Shown here: one piece after another, positions 24,308 through 38,356 of the stretch | Layout of the letters: the number at the start of each line of letters is the position of its first letter | Position numbering within the stretch: position 1 is the first letter of the stretch | Source of the DNA: Callorhinchus milii | Lineage: Eukaryota | Assembly: GCF_018977255.1 (NCBI RefSeq) | Contig: NW_024704742.1 | Location: forward strand, 11,224,001-11,288,000 | DNA length: 64,000 nucleotides | Direction of reading: 5' to 3' | The notes under the pieces: model-generated | What the model was told of the DNA's origin: nothing | The model's database searches: none | Seen by the model: the letters and a program-made list of their open reading frames with translations, nothing else | Position numbers and translations under genes: made by a program

Positions 24308-26604
24308 AACACACATTGAGCCTGTTCACTGGTGCCATATTTTTCTCCAGTCTTATTTTCTCATCTCAACAGTGGCTCATTTGCAGAGAAAGCACTGTCA
24401 GCACCTTTGTGTGTTGTGTGATCACATGTGTTTCAGTTTGTTAAGTGGTCCGTTCCTGAAGTTGTTTCATTTTTAAAGGCTCACCTTTCACTCTGGGTGT
24501 TTCTATGAAAATGCTCTTCTATTCTGGAACAGTGATGAGGGTAGCTTACTGCTAAGAGTGCAATAATGAGTGCAGTTTTTCTCTCCATGTATAGTGATAA
24601 ATTGGATTGTTTTACCTCACAGCACTCACCATTGTAAACGCTTAATTTGTTATTTGTTTATTTCGTGGCTAGAATCAATTCAGTATGAGTTTCAGAATGC
24701 AATCGCCGCAAATAGTTACTTGACCTATTATTGTAAATATAAAATGGCATTCTTCCAAACAAATTGTTAGTGTTTTATATCTGCTCCTCCTTGATATGAA
24801 AATATAAGAAAGCGATGCGTACTGGACTAGCAGTTGTAAAATACAATGTGTGTTCTGCCCATGAAAGAGTTACAATTCACACAATCAGGAGTGAGTTAGA
24901 TAAAAGTGATTCACATAAGAGCATAGTTTGCATGGAGTGAGGGAAATCCATTGGACCTATCAAGCCTATTCCTTTCACATATCATAGAAACCCATGTTAT
25001 CATGAACTTCCCCTGACCAACTCCATTCATTTCCTGGGGAAACATTTGATTTAGAAAGTGCCTAATCACCCAAAGAATAGCACATAAAATACTCCACAGA
25101 ACATTAATACATTGGTTTATTGCTGTGAACAAAATAACTTCTGCATTTGCCTACAAATACAGTCACTACATTTTACGAGTTACCTGTAAAATGCATTGAA
25201 GACATGATAAAGAGCTATAGCAAATGGATTATTATTTTAAACAATTACGTGATTATTTTGCAGAAGGGCTTTTGTAATATCAGTCCAAAGGAAATCTTGA
25301 ATCTTCCTAAATTGCATTTTATCATTTACTTACGTGTTCAGCAGGTTACCACTTCTAAAGTTGTCTCGGTGTTATACTTGATGAAACAAAATTGCTATAT
25401 GAATACAATTTAATGTGATTATGATTGACTGGACTAAGGTGCACACATCTGCATTAATGAGTCAGGGTTTTGCTGCATGCAGGAAGAACCCTGGAATTTG
25501 CAGAAATGAGAAGAAAAATTACAAGCACAAATCCAAGCTAAAAGAGAGCAAACTAAAGGGTACCAAACCTGTTATGAGAGTGATTACAATCTTCGTGACC
25601 TCCCAGCTTGTCCTCTGAGTTTCAGAGACCATATTTATCCAGGAGATCACTTTCTGTCAAACTTACCTACTCTACATGCTGTGAGTTCCTCTCCAATCAA
25701 CTCCTTATAGCATTGGAGTATGTGTGCCAGTGTGTGCCGTGCTCCTATGCTGAATCGTGCCTAGGCATTCAATTACCACAGAAACTATCCACACTCCACT
25801 GCTGGATTGCCGGCACTGTGTATAATTTATCCTTTTAAGTGCCTTGTTAAAAGGTGCCAAAGCACTAATGTAAATGGACGTCCTCATCAGCTGCACAAAA
25901 CGCTGTCAGACGAGCCCCTTTTTAAAAAAAAGTAAAGGGGGATTTACTGCACTCGCGCTCTCCAGCATTAAATCAAACATGGCAAGAGATACACGTTGAG
26001 CTTTCAGGTTTTATTTAACGCCAGCAGGATCTCAACATGTCTTGTTAGAATGACACCAAATCACTTTGACCCAATCCAAATTATGCGCTATTACTGCCCA
26101 AGGGACACACCTTGAACAGGATAGTTTTCTTTGTTGAGACAACCTTTCCCTTGATTCTGCCTATATGTCTAGGCATGTACACGCAGCACATATTGACCCT
26201 GTTTCTGACTTTGTGCAGAAGATGTACTTGTTTATTCAGTCTACGTTTAGGGTTCAGAAGGTGAGGTAGGAAATTCGGCAAATGTTTGTTAGAGTCACTC
26301 CAGACTAGTTATTTATTGAGAACTCCAATTCCAGTTGTTCAAGACAATGAAACTGACCACAGAGGTAGGCTTGCTTTGAGTTACACATGAACCTTCTTTC
26401 AAAGTCATTCCCAAAGTGTTGTTTAATTTTAAATATTTCTACATGGGAGGTCAGAACTAAGTGTACTTAATTACTGCAGTACCTTTGTAGTACTGGACAT
26501 TACGAGGATATCTCCTTCAGATATAGCAGGTTTAAAAACCTCAGAAATGTTCCTGTGAGGTGGAATATGAATGTGAATTTTAACCTCTCCAATGGCTCAC
26601 CGAA

Positions 26605-26950
26605 TGGGGAGATGAGCCATACTGACTGGGATGTTCCCAGGTTTGATCTCCAATTTTCCATGTTAACTCATCTCAACTGGTAGAGGGATCCCAGTTGGCC
26701 TTAGTCAACATTAAGGGAGATAAAAGTAACTGGGCTTCCCGTTCCTCATCATTATCCAGGAAAGTGGTTGTTGTATGAAGAATGTCCCCTTGCCCCCTGG
26801 GCAATTAGCCTACTGACAACAATCATTTAGACTCACAATTCATTGTCAAGCCTCATGTATAGAAAGTCCTACTGTTAAGGTATTCAGCACTGAAGACATG
26901 CCCAGGATGGGTCCACATCTTCAACAGAGCAGGGAAGAAAATTGGAGAAA
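26605..26950 (+). mobile_element. Old tRNA-derived SINE (family C)
   Basis: atggctcaccg...gagccatactgactggga...cccaggtttgatctcc tRNA-like head; body similar to 57600-57880. Confidence 0.45.
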
Positions 26951-27837
26951 TAAAAAAGAGAATGGAAACACTATTATTTTGAGCAAGAATTCACCTCTTG
27001 TACTTGAGAAACTGTACACTAATTATTGACAGGCCAACTACTTGTTCATGTAAATGTTTGGAATACCACATGAAACATAATTACTCTATGAGGTACTTGC
27101 TGCAAGTGTATAAGGTTGGTTGGTGTTGGTCTGTTACTTTGCACTTTATGAATAGAAAGATTAAAGTTAATGAGAGATCCAATTTTTCTGGACCATGGGC
27201 ATTAATGCATGATAAGAGCTTACATTCCTTAAGTGGCCATTCCTTAAGTGGCATTAATGACAATTCTACCAGTAGAATAAAGAACTTCATTGATTAAATG
27301 AGTTGACTGCGCATAATATTAAATCACTTTGCAATACCCTATTTCATTATAAAAAATATAGTTATATATTGTATATAAATATACAATGTAATGAGAAGAT
27401 ATTATTTAGGTCAGAGTGGACCTGAGAAGCTCATTTATACTGGTCAATAAAGTTAGTGACTTTAGTAGTGGCCACTTACAATGGGATTTCATCATTATAA
27501 TTGCACGGTTAGATTGGTCACTTTATAAACTGACATAAAGTCATCTCCCCCTCAAGTCACAGATGAGGCTGTCGGTTAATATTTTGAAAGTACTACTACC
27601 CTGTCATAAAATATGTCTTGAATATTTAACATTTGAGAATACTTAAACTGTGTTGCACAAGGAGCCGAGTGGGAGAGGAAGATCACAAGGAATTTTGGAT
27701 GCAGAAGGCCCTTTGGCACATTTGATCTCATCTTTCCAGAATACACCCCTCCATTCAACATCAAGCTTAAACATGTCCATCATTCAGGCTTCAACCTGTT
27801 ACAGTTCTTAATTGTGTGGTAATTGTGTAATTTGTAT

Positions 27838-28185
27838 ATCAGCCTGGCGAGGTTAAAAACACTCGTCTCTGAGTCAGAATCTTATGGGTTCAAGCCTTGT
27901 TTCGGGACTTTGAATTCACAGCATCTAAACTGACACTGCAGAGCTTTCCTGTGGGTGGGCTACATTGTTGGAAGTGCTGTCCTTCAGATGAAACTTCACT
28001 TTAAACTGAGGTCCATCCTATCTATTCAGATGATCATTAAAAATCTCATCAAAAAAAGGAGTTTCTCCCAGTGTCCAAAAACCCATTCAAATAAAATTGG
28101 TCATTCACTTCATGGCTGTTTGTGGAATATTGCTGTGTTCAAATAGTCTGCTATTTTTGCCTATAAATATAATCACTACACTTAT
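27838..28185 (+). mobile_element. Deu-type SINE (family B)
   Basis: tcagcctggc...ctctgagtcagaa...gggttcaagcc...tgctgtccttcagatga...gtttgtggaatattgctgtg. Confidence 0.75.
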
Positions 28186-28189
28186 ATTA

Positions 28190-28420
28190 GTCTTTGCATT
28201 TCATATAGTGCCTTATCACATCGTTGAGAAGCTTCAAAGCACTTCACAGAATTTACTGTAAAGTGTTTTTTTATTGTGTATTTTTTGGATGAAATGCGGC
28301 AGCCAGCTGTACACAGCAATATCCCACAAACCACCATGGAGTGAGTGATCAATTTTATTGGGGATTGCTGGTCAGGACACTGGGAGAAACTCCCTTCTCT
28401 TTACAGGACACTTTACAGTA
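28190..28420 (-). mobile_element. Deu-type SINE 3' half
   Basis: ttgcatttcatatagtgccttatcac...cagcaatatcccacaaac...ggtcaggacactgggagaaactccc. Confidence 0.75.
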
Positions 28421-29156
28421 TATCCTTTGACGTATCCTCCTGAATTGAAATGCACAAATGCAAGGATTATTAGAATAATAATTATTCTCTGGGAAAATAA
28501 ATACTTCCTGGTATTTGTCCTAAACTTTCCCTTTGCAACCTTAAACCAGTGCCTTCTCTCTCTGTCTCAGGGCATCCGAAAAGATGGTACTTAGGTTACT
28601 TTTTCAATCACATTTAAAATCATATATATCTTCATAAAGCCCCTCTGAGACATCTTGTTGTAAGATCTTCTGAGGTTGCAGGAGAATATATGAAGCTTTT
28701 CTCTACACTATATCATGCTGAAGCTAACATGTGGATGCTTGACACTAAAACATGGTTTCATTTCACAGCACTAACATCCATGACCTTTATCATAGGTACC
28801 ATACACTATCTATAAGCAAGAACTTTTATACAGTAAAATACTTGTACAGTACAGCACTTTATAAAATCAGGCTGCCTTGTCAGTAAAATGCTTTAGTTCC
28901 AAGCATGTCTGTGACATCACCAGGCATGAGCTTTTTACCAACTTACAAATGGCAGTGCAAGGTGGATATTTGGGTTATTGGAAGCATTGGAATTGAGAAA
29001 GAGAACGAGAGGGAGAGAGGGGAAGAAGTAAAGGGAGAGAGGAGGAGAGGTAATCTTGCACTATAGTAGTTTTTATATCCACAGTGGGGAAAATCTCAAT
29101 TATTGTGGATATCAGGCTCTTCGCTGTACAACCAAATCAGTGGACAAATACTTTTG

Positions 29157-29790
29157 GACAACAACAACAAAATTACATTTGTAGAGCGCCTTTCACATTG
29201 GGAGGACGTCCCAAAGCACTGAACAGTCAGGTGTCGGGGCCCGAGCATGGGGGAGGGGTGGCGTAGGGGTGCTCGAAGGCAGAGAGATGGGAGGGAGACC
29301 AAAGGCACGGTCAAAGAGAAAGGTCTTGAGACCGACCTTGAAGGAGGCAAGGGAGGAAGCGATGCGAAGGGACCGTGGGATGGAGTTCCAGAGTGTGTGG
29401 GCAGAGAGGCTGAAAGCCCGGTCACCGATGGTAGGGCAGATCAAGGGGAGACACGGAGCAGGCCGGAGCCCGATGAGTGGAGGGAGCGGGCAGGTTGGTA
29501 GGGAGTCAGCAGGTCAGAGAGGTAAGAGGGGGCAAGGCCATGGTTAGCCTTAAAGGTGAGGACGAAGATCTTGAACTCGATCCTCTTGGGGATGGGGAGC
29601 CAGTGGAGTCGGGCGAGGGTGGGAGTGATGGGATCACGGAGGCTGGTGTGTGAGAGTACATGAGCTGCAGAGTTTTGGATGATGATCTGCGGCTTGTGAA
29701 GGGAAGAGGTGGGAAGGACAATGAGGAGGGAGTTCCCGTAATCAAGCCTTGAGGTGACGAATGCATGGGTGAGGGTTTCAGCAGCCCTCT
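29157..29790 (-). mobile_element. L2 3' fragment
   Basis: Minus strand PTIGDRAFSLSAHTLWNSIPRSLR; (CAA)n on the plus strand. Confidence 0.9.
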
Positions 29791-29810
29791 AACCAAAATC
29801 TAGAAAGAAT

Positions 29811-30168
29811 ATAATAATAATAATAATAAGCCTTGCACATCTTTGAGACATCTCAAAGCATTTTACAGAATATACTGTAAAGTGAATTGACTGTATATTT
29901 TGTGGGTGAAATGCAGCAGCCAATCGTGCACAGCAATGTCCCACAAACAGTTGTGGATTGAATGACCAAATTATTTTAATTTATTTTGAAGCAATTATTA
30001 GCCCTGGAAAAGCAATGCACCAATTGACTAACAACTGGGTTCCTACTCACTGCTAAACAGAGGGGTGGGGTGTAAGGAAACTTCCCCAATGTTTCGTCCT
30101 GCCCGGGAATCGAACCCAGGTCCTCTCATTTGCGAGGCGAGTGCTCTAACCATTGAGCTACAGGTTTC
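29811..30168 (-). mobile_element. Full-length tRNA/CORE-like SINE (family A)
   Basis: Colinear with the other copies; cgggaatcgaacccagg B box (reverse complement). Confidence 0.9.
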
Positions 30169-32085
30169 CAAAATTCTCAGTTTCTTGTATTTAAAAAAAA
30201 CTCAAGGATGGGATTCTTGGCTTCCAATGTGTATTTGTGCTGTGCCGTCCTGTGACTTTCAGTGACTTTTGCACAGATTTCAGATTGAGCTCACTTGTGC
30301 CATATTTGTATAAAAATGACTGAGAATAACTCTGTTGGCATATTGGCATGCCACTGGGGCTTTGGAAAGTGTCACTCAAAAGTGGCTGGAAAAATCTGAA
30401 CAATAAATATATTTTTCCTGACCTGAATGGTGACTGCACCATTGGGAATAGATCGACTGTATAAAATTTGAATTCCATACATCTCTTTCCACCTTCACAT
30501 TTTAAACCTATTGTTCTCCATGTATTATTTATTATGCCAGAATAGCACTTGTGTAACGTGACCCATGAATAAATAATGTGAATTTCCAGTGATTTCAACA
30601 TGAAGGCAAATCTTAAATGTATTTGTTTTGTACTCATCTCATAAACCGTATAAAAATAATAATTATAATCCTGCATTTCCCTTTCGAATCAGGTGGATGT
30701 CATACATTTATGGAACTCCACCGAGTTTGGATACTCTTAAACAAAAAAATGGAATATACTAAAGCTTCGGTTCATTTCTCAACAGGAGGAAAATAACACA
30801 ACATGAGTGTCACTGAAAGTTTTATTATTTTCCGCAAACATATAGCAAAATAAACAAATAAACTACCAGCAATCAGTCCCAAGTTGTACACCTGAACTCT
30901 ATTTGTTTATTTACAAAGAGTACATGTGTTAACACAAACACTGAATAACACACAGAGCAGAAACACTCCCTTAGTCGAACAACAGGGGATTCTATTTTTC
31001 CAGCTTTTTTTGTTCTTTGGAATGCATATAATATTGTTGTTTCACTGACAAGTATACTCAGGGGATTTTCAGTGAGAGAGATCTTTGTTCTCTGTTAAGC
31101 AATGCTGCTTTCACGCTGAGCCTTGTGCAGAAACCTTTGGTACCAGGGTTTGAAGTGTTCATAAGCTGACTTTCAACTGAGCTCCAGAAAAGACTTGTCT
31201 GCAAAGAAGACAGTTTGGATTGAATGTTTTCCACAGGAACCCAGATTTGAGTTTAGTTTCTGGCATTCTTCTGGCCTAGCTTAGTATTAAAATTCAGCTC
31301 AACACTATACTGAATATCAGTTCTTGGCTCAGATTGTGCTTCTTGATATTAGATTGCAGCCCAGTCTGGAGGGTTCAGCATAAGCAGTAAGCTTTGGTAC
31401 AGGAAGCATTACTTCACACTAGGCTCTGTCTGTGGACAGCTCTGTCTGCTTTAAACTAAGCTCTGCACTGTTTGGCATTGCCTGGGAAATTAGAGAATGA
31501 CAAACCTTTATTTGTTTCATCAGACTTGATCTTTCCATCAGACCATGTAGCATTTACTTCACCATGGACTCAACCCAAATTATTTAATTTCCTGAGAGAG
31601 CGGTAATCTCCCAAGAAGATAAAACTGTGACCGGTTCCCCCATTGTAATATAGCAAAACTGCAGGAATCATTCTAAAGTTGTAATCCCCTGACCACTTGT
31701 GTTCCACAAATAAGCGATCAACAATCTGAGCAGTTCAGTAACCTTTGTACGGTATTTGAGCATCTAAGTCAATAGCTCTCAATCCTGTTCCTAATTAAGG
31801 ATTTTCATCTAGATTTTGTTTCAATGGGGAGAAATTTCACCTGGGCCTAGATTTACTCTATTTACCAAGCAATTTAGAGCAGACAGATTTTGGCAAATGC
31901 TTAAACACAGTGTGAATTTTGAAAGTTGGTTCTCTGTCAATTTCTTCTACGAACTACAGAAAAATGATTTCAAAGTTAAAGTTGAATTCAACAATTGTCC
32001 AATTTCTGGACGGCCTTAAATGCTAAGAAAATAGAGAACATCTAGACTCAGTTGGAATATATCTGACTGTTTCCTGGTAAAAAAA

Positions 32086-32390
32086 ATAATAATCCTTGCA
32101 TTTGATATAACACCACATCACATCTTCAAGGCGTCTCAAAGCGTTTCACGGAATAGAAGGTAAAGTGAATTGACTGTGTATTTTGCAGGTGAAACACGGC
32201 AGCCAATTGCGCACAGCAGTGTCCCACAAACAGTCGTGGATTGAGTGACCAAATTTATTATTTCTTAAAAATGTATTTATTGTTTTGAAGGGATTATTTC
32301 CTCTGGAAAAGCGATCCGCCAATTGACTAACAACTGCTAGGTAAACAGAGGCATGTGGAGTAAGGAAAGTTGTCCACCGTTTTGCCCAAC
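32086..32390 (-). mobile_element. tRNA/CORE-like SINE (family A), head missing
   Basis: Body and tail match family A. Confidence 0.85.
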
Positions 32391-33409
32391 CGTGTAACTG
32401 GTAATTACACATGGGAGTCCATCGGAGGTCTGCTCCATGTGATCCAGTTCCGAAGCATCCCAGCCAACAGTGTCAAACATTTTGAGACATACTCCCAAAA
32501 TGAAAGGCACTATATAAATATAAACCCACCTGCAAAACACACAAATACATCAATTTGCAGTATATCCTGTGATGTACTTTAAGACAACCTCCCGACATGA
32601 AAGGGACTTTACCAAGTGTAAGGATTATTTTTAAAAAATGTTGTTATTCGATCCCTGATCAGGATTGCTCTTTTTCACCTTTACCACATTGCCCCACCTA
32701 CACCCCTAGCTCACATCAAATGTCACTGAAATCCTCATTCACGCCTTTACCTCTCAACTAACTTGTTGCAATACACTCCTTGCCGTTCTTCCCAATTTCA
32801 ATACAGTCTTGTGAAACATTCCAAGAGATTTTTCATATAGCGTAGCATAAATATTACGTAGCAAAAATGCAAGTTGTTGTTATAGCAGTGTTACCTTGGG
32901 CCGACGGGAATTCTAATAGAGTAAATTGAGCCTCAATGTTTGAAACATTTCGAGACATTTGACGTGATAATAAGATACATCTAACACAAGGATTATTTGC
33001 GTTCGGGGTTCACCTCTTTCTGTCCCGGGCATGTGGCAGTGTCTTTTTTTTTATATGGCTTTTATGTGGTTTGGTAACATGCTCATTTTTGTTATAATTT
33101 TACTGTCAAAGTACATTTGGTCAATATTCTTGTCTTTGTCTTAACAGTGAGTGTTGGTAGAGTGTGTTTGAGGTGTGTGTGTGTATCCATGTGGAGAGGG
33201 TGGAGGGGAGAGGAGGAGTCAAGCTGTTGACATCCAATGTCCACACACAAATACTGTACAGGATATTTATTCCTGGTTTGCCAAAATCCAAATCAAGAGG
33301 TGAACTGCATGTGAAAACTGGGCAGATTGGGCAGTGTGGGCAGGGCATGTGAAGTAGCCCTTCAGCTAGAGCAGAGCGGAGCGAGTCGGACGCCAAAAAA
33401 TCACTGAGG

Positions 33410-33640
33410 TAGGGAGGGGTAACAACATGGAGGCATTTAAACTTAGAATAAAAGATCTTAGAGCCAATCTGCCAGGGAATGGATAGCTAGTGGAGTCTCA
33501 TGAAGATGGGGTGATGCGTTTCCAGAGCCTGGTATGAGCCTGGTATGGGCTGCAGTTTTCTGGATAATCTAGATCAGGTGTCACCAACTTGCAGCCCATG
33601 GGCCTCAAGTTGGCCATCCCTGATCTTGATGGTGACATGC
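33410..33640 (-). mobile_element. Degenerate L2 fragment
   Basis: gaggtagggagggg...ggcatttaaact...aaagatctt...gctgcagttttctggataat is the reverse complement of an L2 C-terminal region. Confidence 0.55.
33575..33622. mobile_element. 48-bp palindromic hAT-type MITE
   Basis: CAGGTGTCACCAACTT...AAGTTGGCCATCCCTG flanked by atctagat / atcttgat (7/8 TSD). Confidence 0.75.
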
Positions 33641-33952
33641 AACAAAAAGTTCTCTACAAATACTCAAATTAAAGCTGGAACACTGTACTGCCTTTAAATG
33701 TATGTTATAAATAGATACAACCTAAAGGTACACATTTCTGAAGGAAATTGTAAACCCCCATTTTCAGATTGCATCGGAAGATCTACCTCTTTGGCTATGC
33801 CTATGGTCACATCCCCTTCTCTCCCTGGCTCAATGTCAATACAATACAAAATATCATTTGTATAGTGCCTTTCACATCGGGAGGATGTCCCAAGCGCTGA
33901 TTAAGTCATTGTTAAGTGCTTAGACATTACGCTTGTTAAGGGTGCTATATAA

Positions 33953-34075
33953 ATAATAATAACGATCCTTGCATTTGATATAGTGCCTCATCACATTTTG
34001 AAGATGTCTCAAAGTGCTTCATCGAATATACAGTAAAGTGAATTGACTGTATATTTCATGGGCAAAATGCCACAA
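33953..34075 (-). mobile_element. Family A SINE 3' fragment
   Basis: gatccttgcatttgatatagtgcctcatcac...aattgactgtatattt. Confidence 0.8.
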
Positions 34076-35279
34076 AATGTAAGTTGTTGTTGTTGGTTAA
34101 ATGTTGTTACATGTTTGCAGCAGAAATCAATTTCAGAGACATTGTGCACTAACCTGTGCCCTTCATCCTTGGATTGTTACCAATGATGGAGTCAGTTTCC
34201 AGGGGTCATTGATGGTTGTGCACAAACCACATGGTTCCGAAACTGATCCCTGCTCCAAAAACTTCAATAACTTGAAATGGATATCGGCTGAAAGACCTTA
34301 TTTCCAAAGCATCATTTTCATCAAGCAACGTACACAAAATACACAAAAAATCAATGTAATTCCTGATGCAATCTGGTTATTAATCAGATGGAAAGTCTGA
34401 AGGTATGGATTTGGACTCTATAAATGTTGCTAATTTATTATGGTCATAAATGTAATGAAACAAATATAAATACGATTTCCATCCGCAGTGAAATAAAGTT
34501 CTTTCTACATCCAATTTGGTTGTCATTTAAGTGATCAGGGCTGGTACATGGATTCCTAAATGTCTATCTTTATTAATTTCTAACACATATATTGGCTTAA
34601 TCCACTGATAGAATACCATAATTTGATAAATAACCAGTGAAATCTCTCTGTCCCCATTATATTATAGAGCCACATTATTGCAGAGCTCTGCATATACTGG
34701 TGCCTTTGCTGGTGTGGAATTCATTCCATTTACACTGCATTCAATTTCCACAAAAACAGCAGAAGTGTCAAAGATCTTCACATGTGCAAAATAATTGGAC
34801 CTCATTGAAACCTAACTGTGCTTAGGTTTAAAAAGGTCTGTTCGCAATTTGGTCTTCGTTCTTCCATTCAGAATGGAACTGGCAAAATTTATCCAAAGAG
34901 GGATTTTTTGGTGAAAACCGCACAAATATTTTGAGTAGAAATACACAGAACTCTCTGCCCCAAATTTAATGAATTTATTGATTAAACTTGTGAAATGGCA
35001 ATAGGGAAACAGATTTATCTGGGAACAGAAATATTTTGCAACAAACTGCAAGTGTAAATATACTTTGCTTGTGAAGGAGTCTCTTGTTTCTCTCGTTCTG
35101 CCATTCACTTCCTCATTTCCCATCTCTGTCACCTTATCTCTCCCAATCCCAATTCCTTGTGGGTTTGTTCTGCTTTTGGGGCATCACACCATCTGTGTGT
35201 CCGTGTGTCTCGCTCTTTCAACTCTCTCTTCAATCTTTCTTTTGTGAGATTCCTTTCTCAGTCTCTTTCACAGTCTCTC

Positions 35280-35445
35280 CTGTCATCAATGTATTCAAGA
35301 GGAAACTTGATACATACATGAGGGTGAAGGGAATAAAGAAATATAGGAAAGGGAATTAAGAGGGATAGAGGCTCATATGGAGTGCAAACACTGGCATGGA
35401 CTAGCTGGTCTGAATGGCTTGTTTCCATGCCATAATCTGTGTAAT
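35280..35445 (+). mobile_element. CR1-type 3' end
   Basis: FKRKLDTYMRVKGIKKY-like; ctgaatggcttgtttcc. Confidence 0.65.
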
Positions 35446-35769
35446 CGTCAATTCTTTGTATCTTGCTTGTGTGGGCACCCTTTCTCTCTTCCATGCTTGA
35501 GCTCCCTCTTATTTCCCTTTATCACACTTTTCACACCTCTCTCTCACACACACCTCAAAAAGTAACTGCTGCTGGAATCACTTACTGGGATCTTGGCATC
35601 TGAAGCCAGTGCCTCTAAAAATTGTCACTGATAACATGACTTCCTGCATGCTGTGTATCATCACTGTGTACAGGAAACATTGCTGATATTAGAAACCAGT
35701 TGTAACTGATGACATATTTTTGTTGTCAGCCTCTCCTGATGTCAATGCCTGGGAATGGAGCGATAAGAG

Positions 35770-36100
35770 TAATAATAATAATAATTCTTGCATTTGATAT
35801 AGCACCTTATCATGTCTTCGAGATGTCTCATAGCACTTGAAAGAATATACTGTGAAGTGAATTGACTGTATATTTTGTGGGCAAAATGCGGCAGCAGTGT
35901 CCCACAAACAGTCATGGATTGAATGACCAAATTATTATTATTGTTTTTTTTTGGAGGGATTATTACCCCCGGAAAAATGATCCGCCAATTGATTAACAAC
36001 TGGGTTACTACTTACTGCTAGGAAACTTTTGCCCTGCCGGGAATCGAACCCAGGTTCATTCGCTTGCGAGAAGAGTGCTCTAACCACCGAGCTACAGGAT
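35770..36100 (-). mobile_element. tRNA/CORE-like SINE (family A)
   Basis: (TAA)n...gccgggaatcgaacccagg...ctaaccaccgagctacagga. Confidence 0.9.
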
Positions 36101-36139
36101 AGCATGAGAGCAGAGGTAAAAGAGAGGGGTATTCAATAG

Positions 36140-36482
36140 AGGATGATTTCCGCTGGTAGGTGTGTCTGTGACTCGTGGTCACAGTCTTAAGATATCTACC
36201 AAAAGAAGCAGAGGGGAGGTTAGAAGAAATGTTTTCACTCAGCGAGTTGTTAGAATTTGGAATGATCTGCCTGAAAGGGCAGTGAAGTCCGATTTGATAA
36301 CAGCTTTTAAGAGAGAACTGGATAGGTGTCTGGAGAAGACAGGTTTGCAGGGTTATGGGGAGAAAGCTGGTGAGTGGGGTTAATAAAAGTCAGTTGCTCT
36401 GTCAAAGAGCCGGCACAGACTCGATGGTCCGAATGGCCTCCTTCTGTGCCGTAATATTCTATGATTTTATGATTCTATGATT
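36140..36482 (+). mobile_element. CR1 3' end
   Basis: TRGHSLKI...RRNVFTQRVVRIWNDLP...FKRELD; tail (ttctatga)n. Confidence 0.9.
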
Positions 36483-37133
36483 TTTTCAGACTAAGAGGCA
36501 GAGAGAGGATTTTTAAGGGTGGCATTTGGTCTGTAGATCTTTAAAGATTAGAATGGTTTAAAAGCTAGGCTTGGACACTAGTTCTTCACTTTGAGCAAAT
36601 TGATGTTTTTTTGACTTTATGACTTCTAATCAGTGAGAATGTACAATGGCTGCTTTGGCACTCAAGATAGCATTGGGTAGGAAGCTATCATGTGATTTTT
36701 TTATTGCGAGGTAGTTTGGTGTCTCTAGCAATTTCCAGGAGTTTCTAACCTTTCTAAAGTTTCTACATCCTTGTAAGATGGGCTATGATTGCCTAATTTG
36801 AACGTTTCGACCCTACTTTCATAATCTCCCAGACCAGAAAAGGGCAAAATCTGAAAATTGATGGTGTGGACTTCACGGAAATTATATAAAATACAGAGCA
36901 ATCTTTCCTTCTGAACCTGGTACTGGGCCTGGTATCAGATAGATAAATAAGTGACTGTGGATTTGCAATAGAAAAGGTCAAAATAAAATTCGAACACATC
37001 AGATATAAAGAACTTTAGTTGATTTGAACAATGTATAAAACTCTCTTGAATTCATAAATGCCTGACTAACAACTTAACTTACATTTATTTAGTATTTTTC
37101 ATGTTAGGAGAACCTCTCAATCAAAGCAGTTGG

Positions 37134-37572
37134 TAATAATAATTAATAATAATCTTTGCATTTAATATCGAGCTTTCACGTCTTCTAGATATCTCAAAAC
37201 GCTTCACAGAATATACTGTGAAGTGAATTGACTGTATATTTGTATATTTGTGGGTGAAACTTGGCAACCAACTGCGTACAGCAGAGCAGTGTCTCACAAA
37301 CAGTTGTGGATTGATTTTATTTTATTATTGTTTTTTTTTCTTGAGGGATTATTATCAGGCGTGTGGAGTAAGGAAACTTGCCCAAGGTTTCAGCCTGCCG
37401 GGAATCACCCAGGTCTCTCACTTGCAAGGCGAGTGCTCTAATCGCTGAGCTACAGGACTCCTATAATAGTAATCCTTACATTTGACATAGCGCCTGTTCA
37501 GATCTTCTAAACATCTCAAAACGCTTCATGGAATATACTGTAAAGTGAATTGACTGTGTATTTTGTGGGCGA
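37134..37572 (-). mobile_element. Short-variant family A SINE plus an adjacent 3' fragment
   Basis: Full copy at 37134-37462 lacking the central block; second tail fragment at 37463-37572. Confidence 0.85.
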
Positions 37573-38356
37573 TAAAGCTAGAATGGGCAACTGAGCTGGG
37601 GGTGGGAGCTGATGGGGTGGGGAAAGGAAGGATGACCAAAAGCATGGTTACAGAGGCACTTTTTTGAGATGTGCCTTGAATGAGGGAGGGAGTGAGTCAG
37701 AGGGACTCCGAGAGAGCTGGGCCAGACTAGCTGACTGTATGGACCATAAAACCTTACATTATAGAAAATTATTTTGCATTTGCCAATATGTGTGGATTTT
37801 AATGTGTGAATAATAACATGAGTATTCCTTCGATCTTTGTTATGAACAGGCACAGTTCCAAAGCTTGTCACAGATTTAGCAATAAAGGATGGTGCAGAAG
37901 ACACTGGTGATCAGCAAATAGACTTTGCGAATAGACTTTGTGGCTTAAAAATGTCTGAAAATAATTAAATAACTCCATCCCATAGAGATGATTGTAGGAC
38001 CCTATAATGAAGTTGCGCCCTGTTCTCTGATTATGCCTCGTCTAAAGATACAACTTCAAACTCATGGTAATGTTACATTTTTCTCAACTGAACACCAACA
38101 TGGCATTTTACAATTGAAATTGAACAATTAAACCAGAAAATGTGTATTCATTTCCTTCACACATTGGGCCTGAAGGAATCTAACTTGATAGTACACTAAT
38201 TATTGAAGCATTCACTGAATTAAGAAATGACTTGTAGGACAAAACCTCGCTGATTTTTAATTACCTGGTTAGTGAGACAAAATTGTTGTTTTCCTTATCT
38301 CTCCCAACCTCCCAAAACTCAAACCAGCATATTCATTTCTTAACTTTATTTTGGGA

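Noticed and set aside
25660..25820. Minus-strand coding exon ending at a perfect AG|GTAAGT donor
   Set aside because: All three frames of the candidate exon contain stops; the acceptor is weak
30690..31750. Possible solo LTR
   Set aside because: No convincing TG...CA ends, TSD or second copy found
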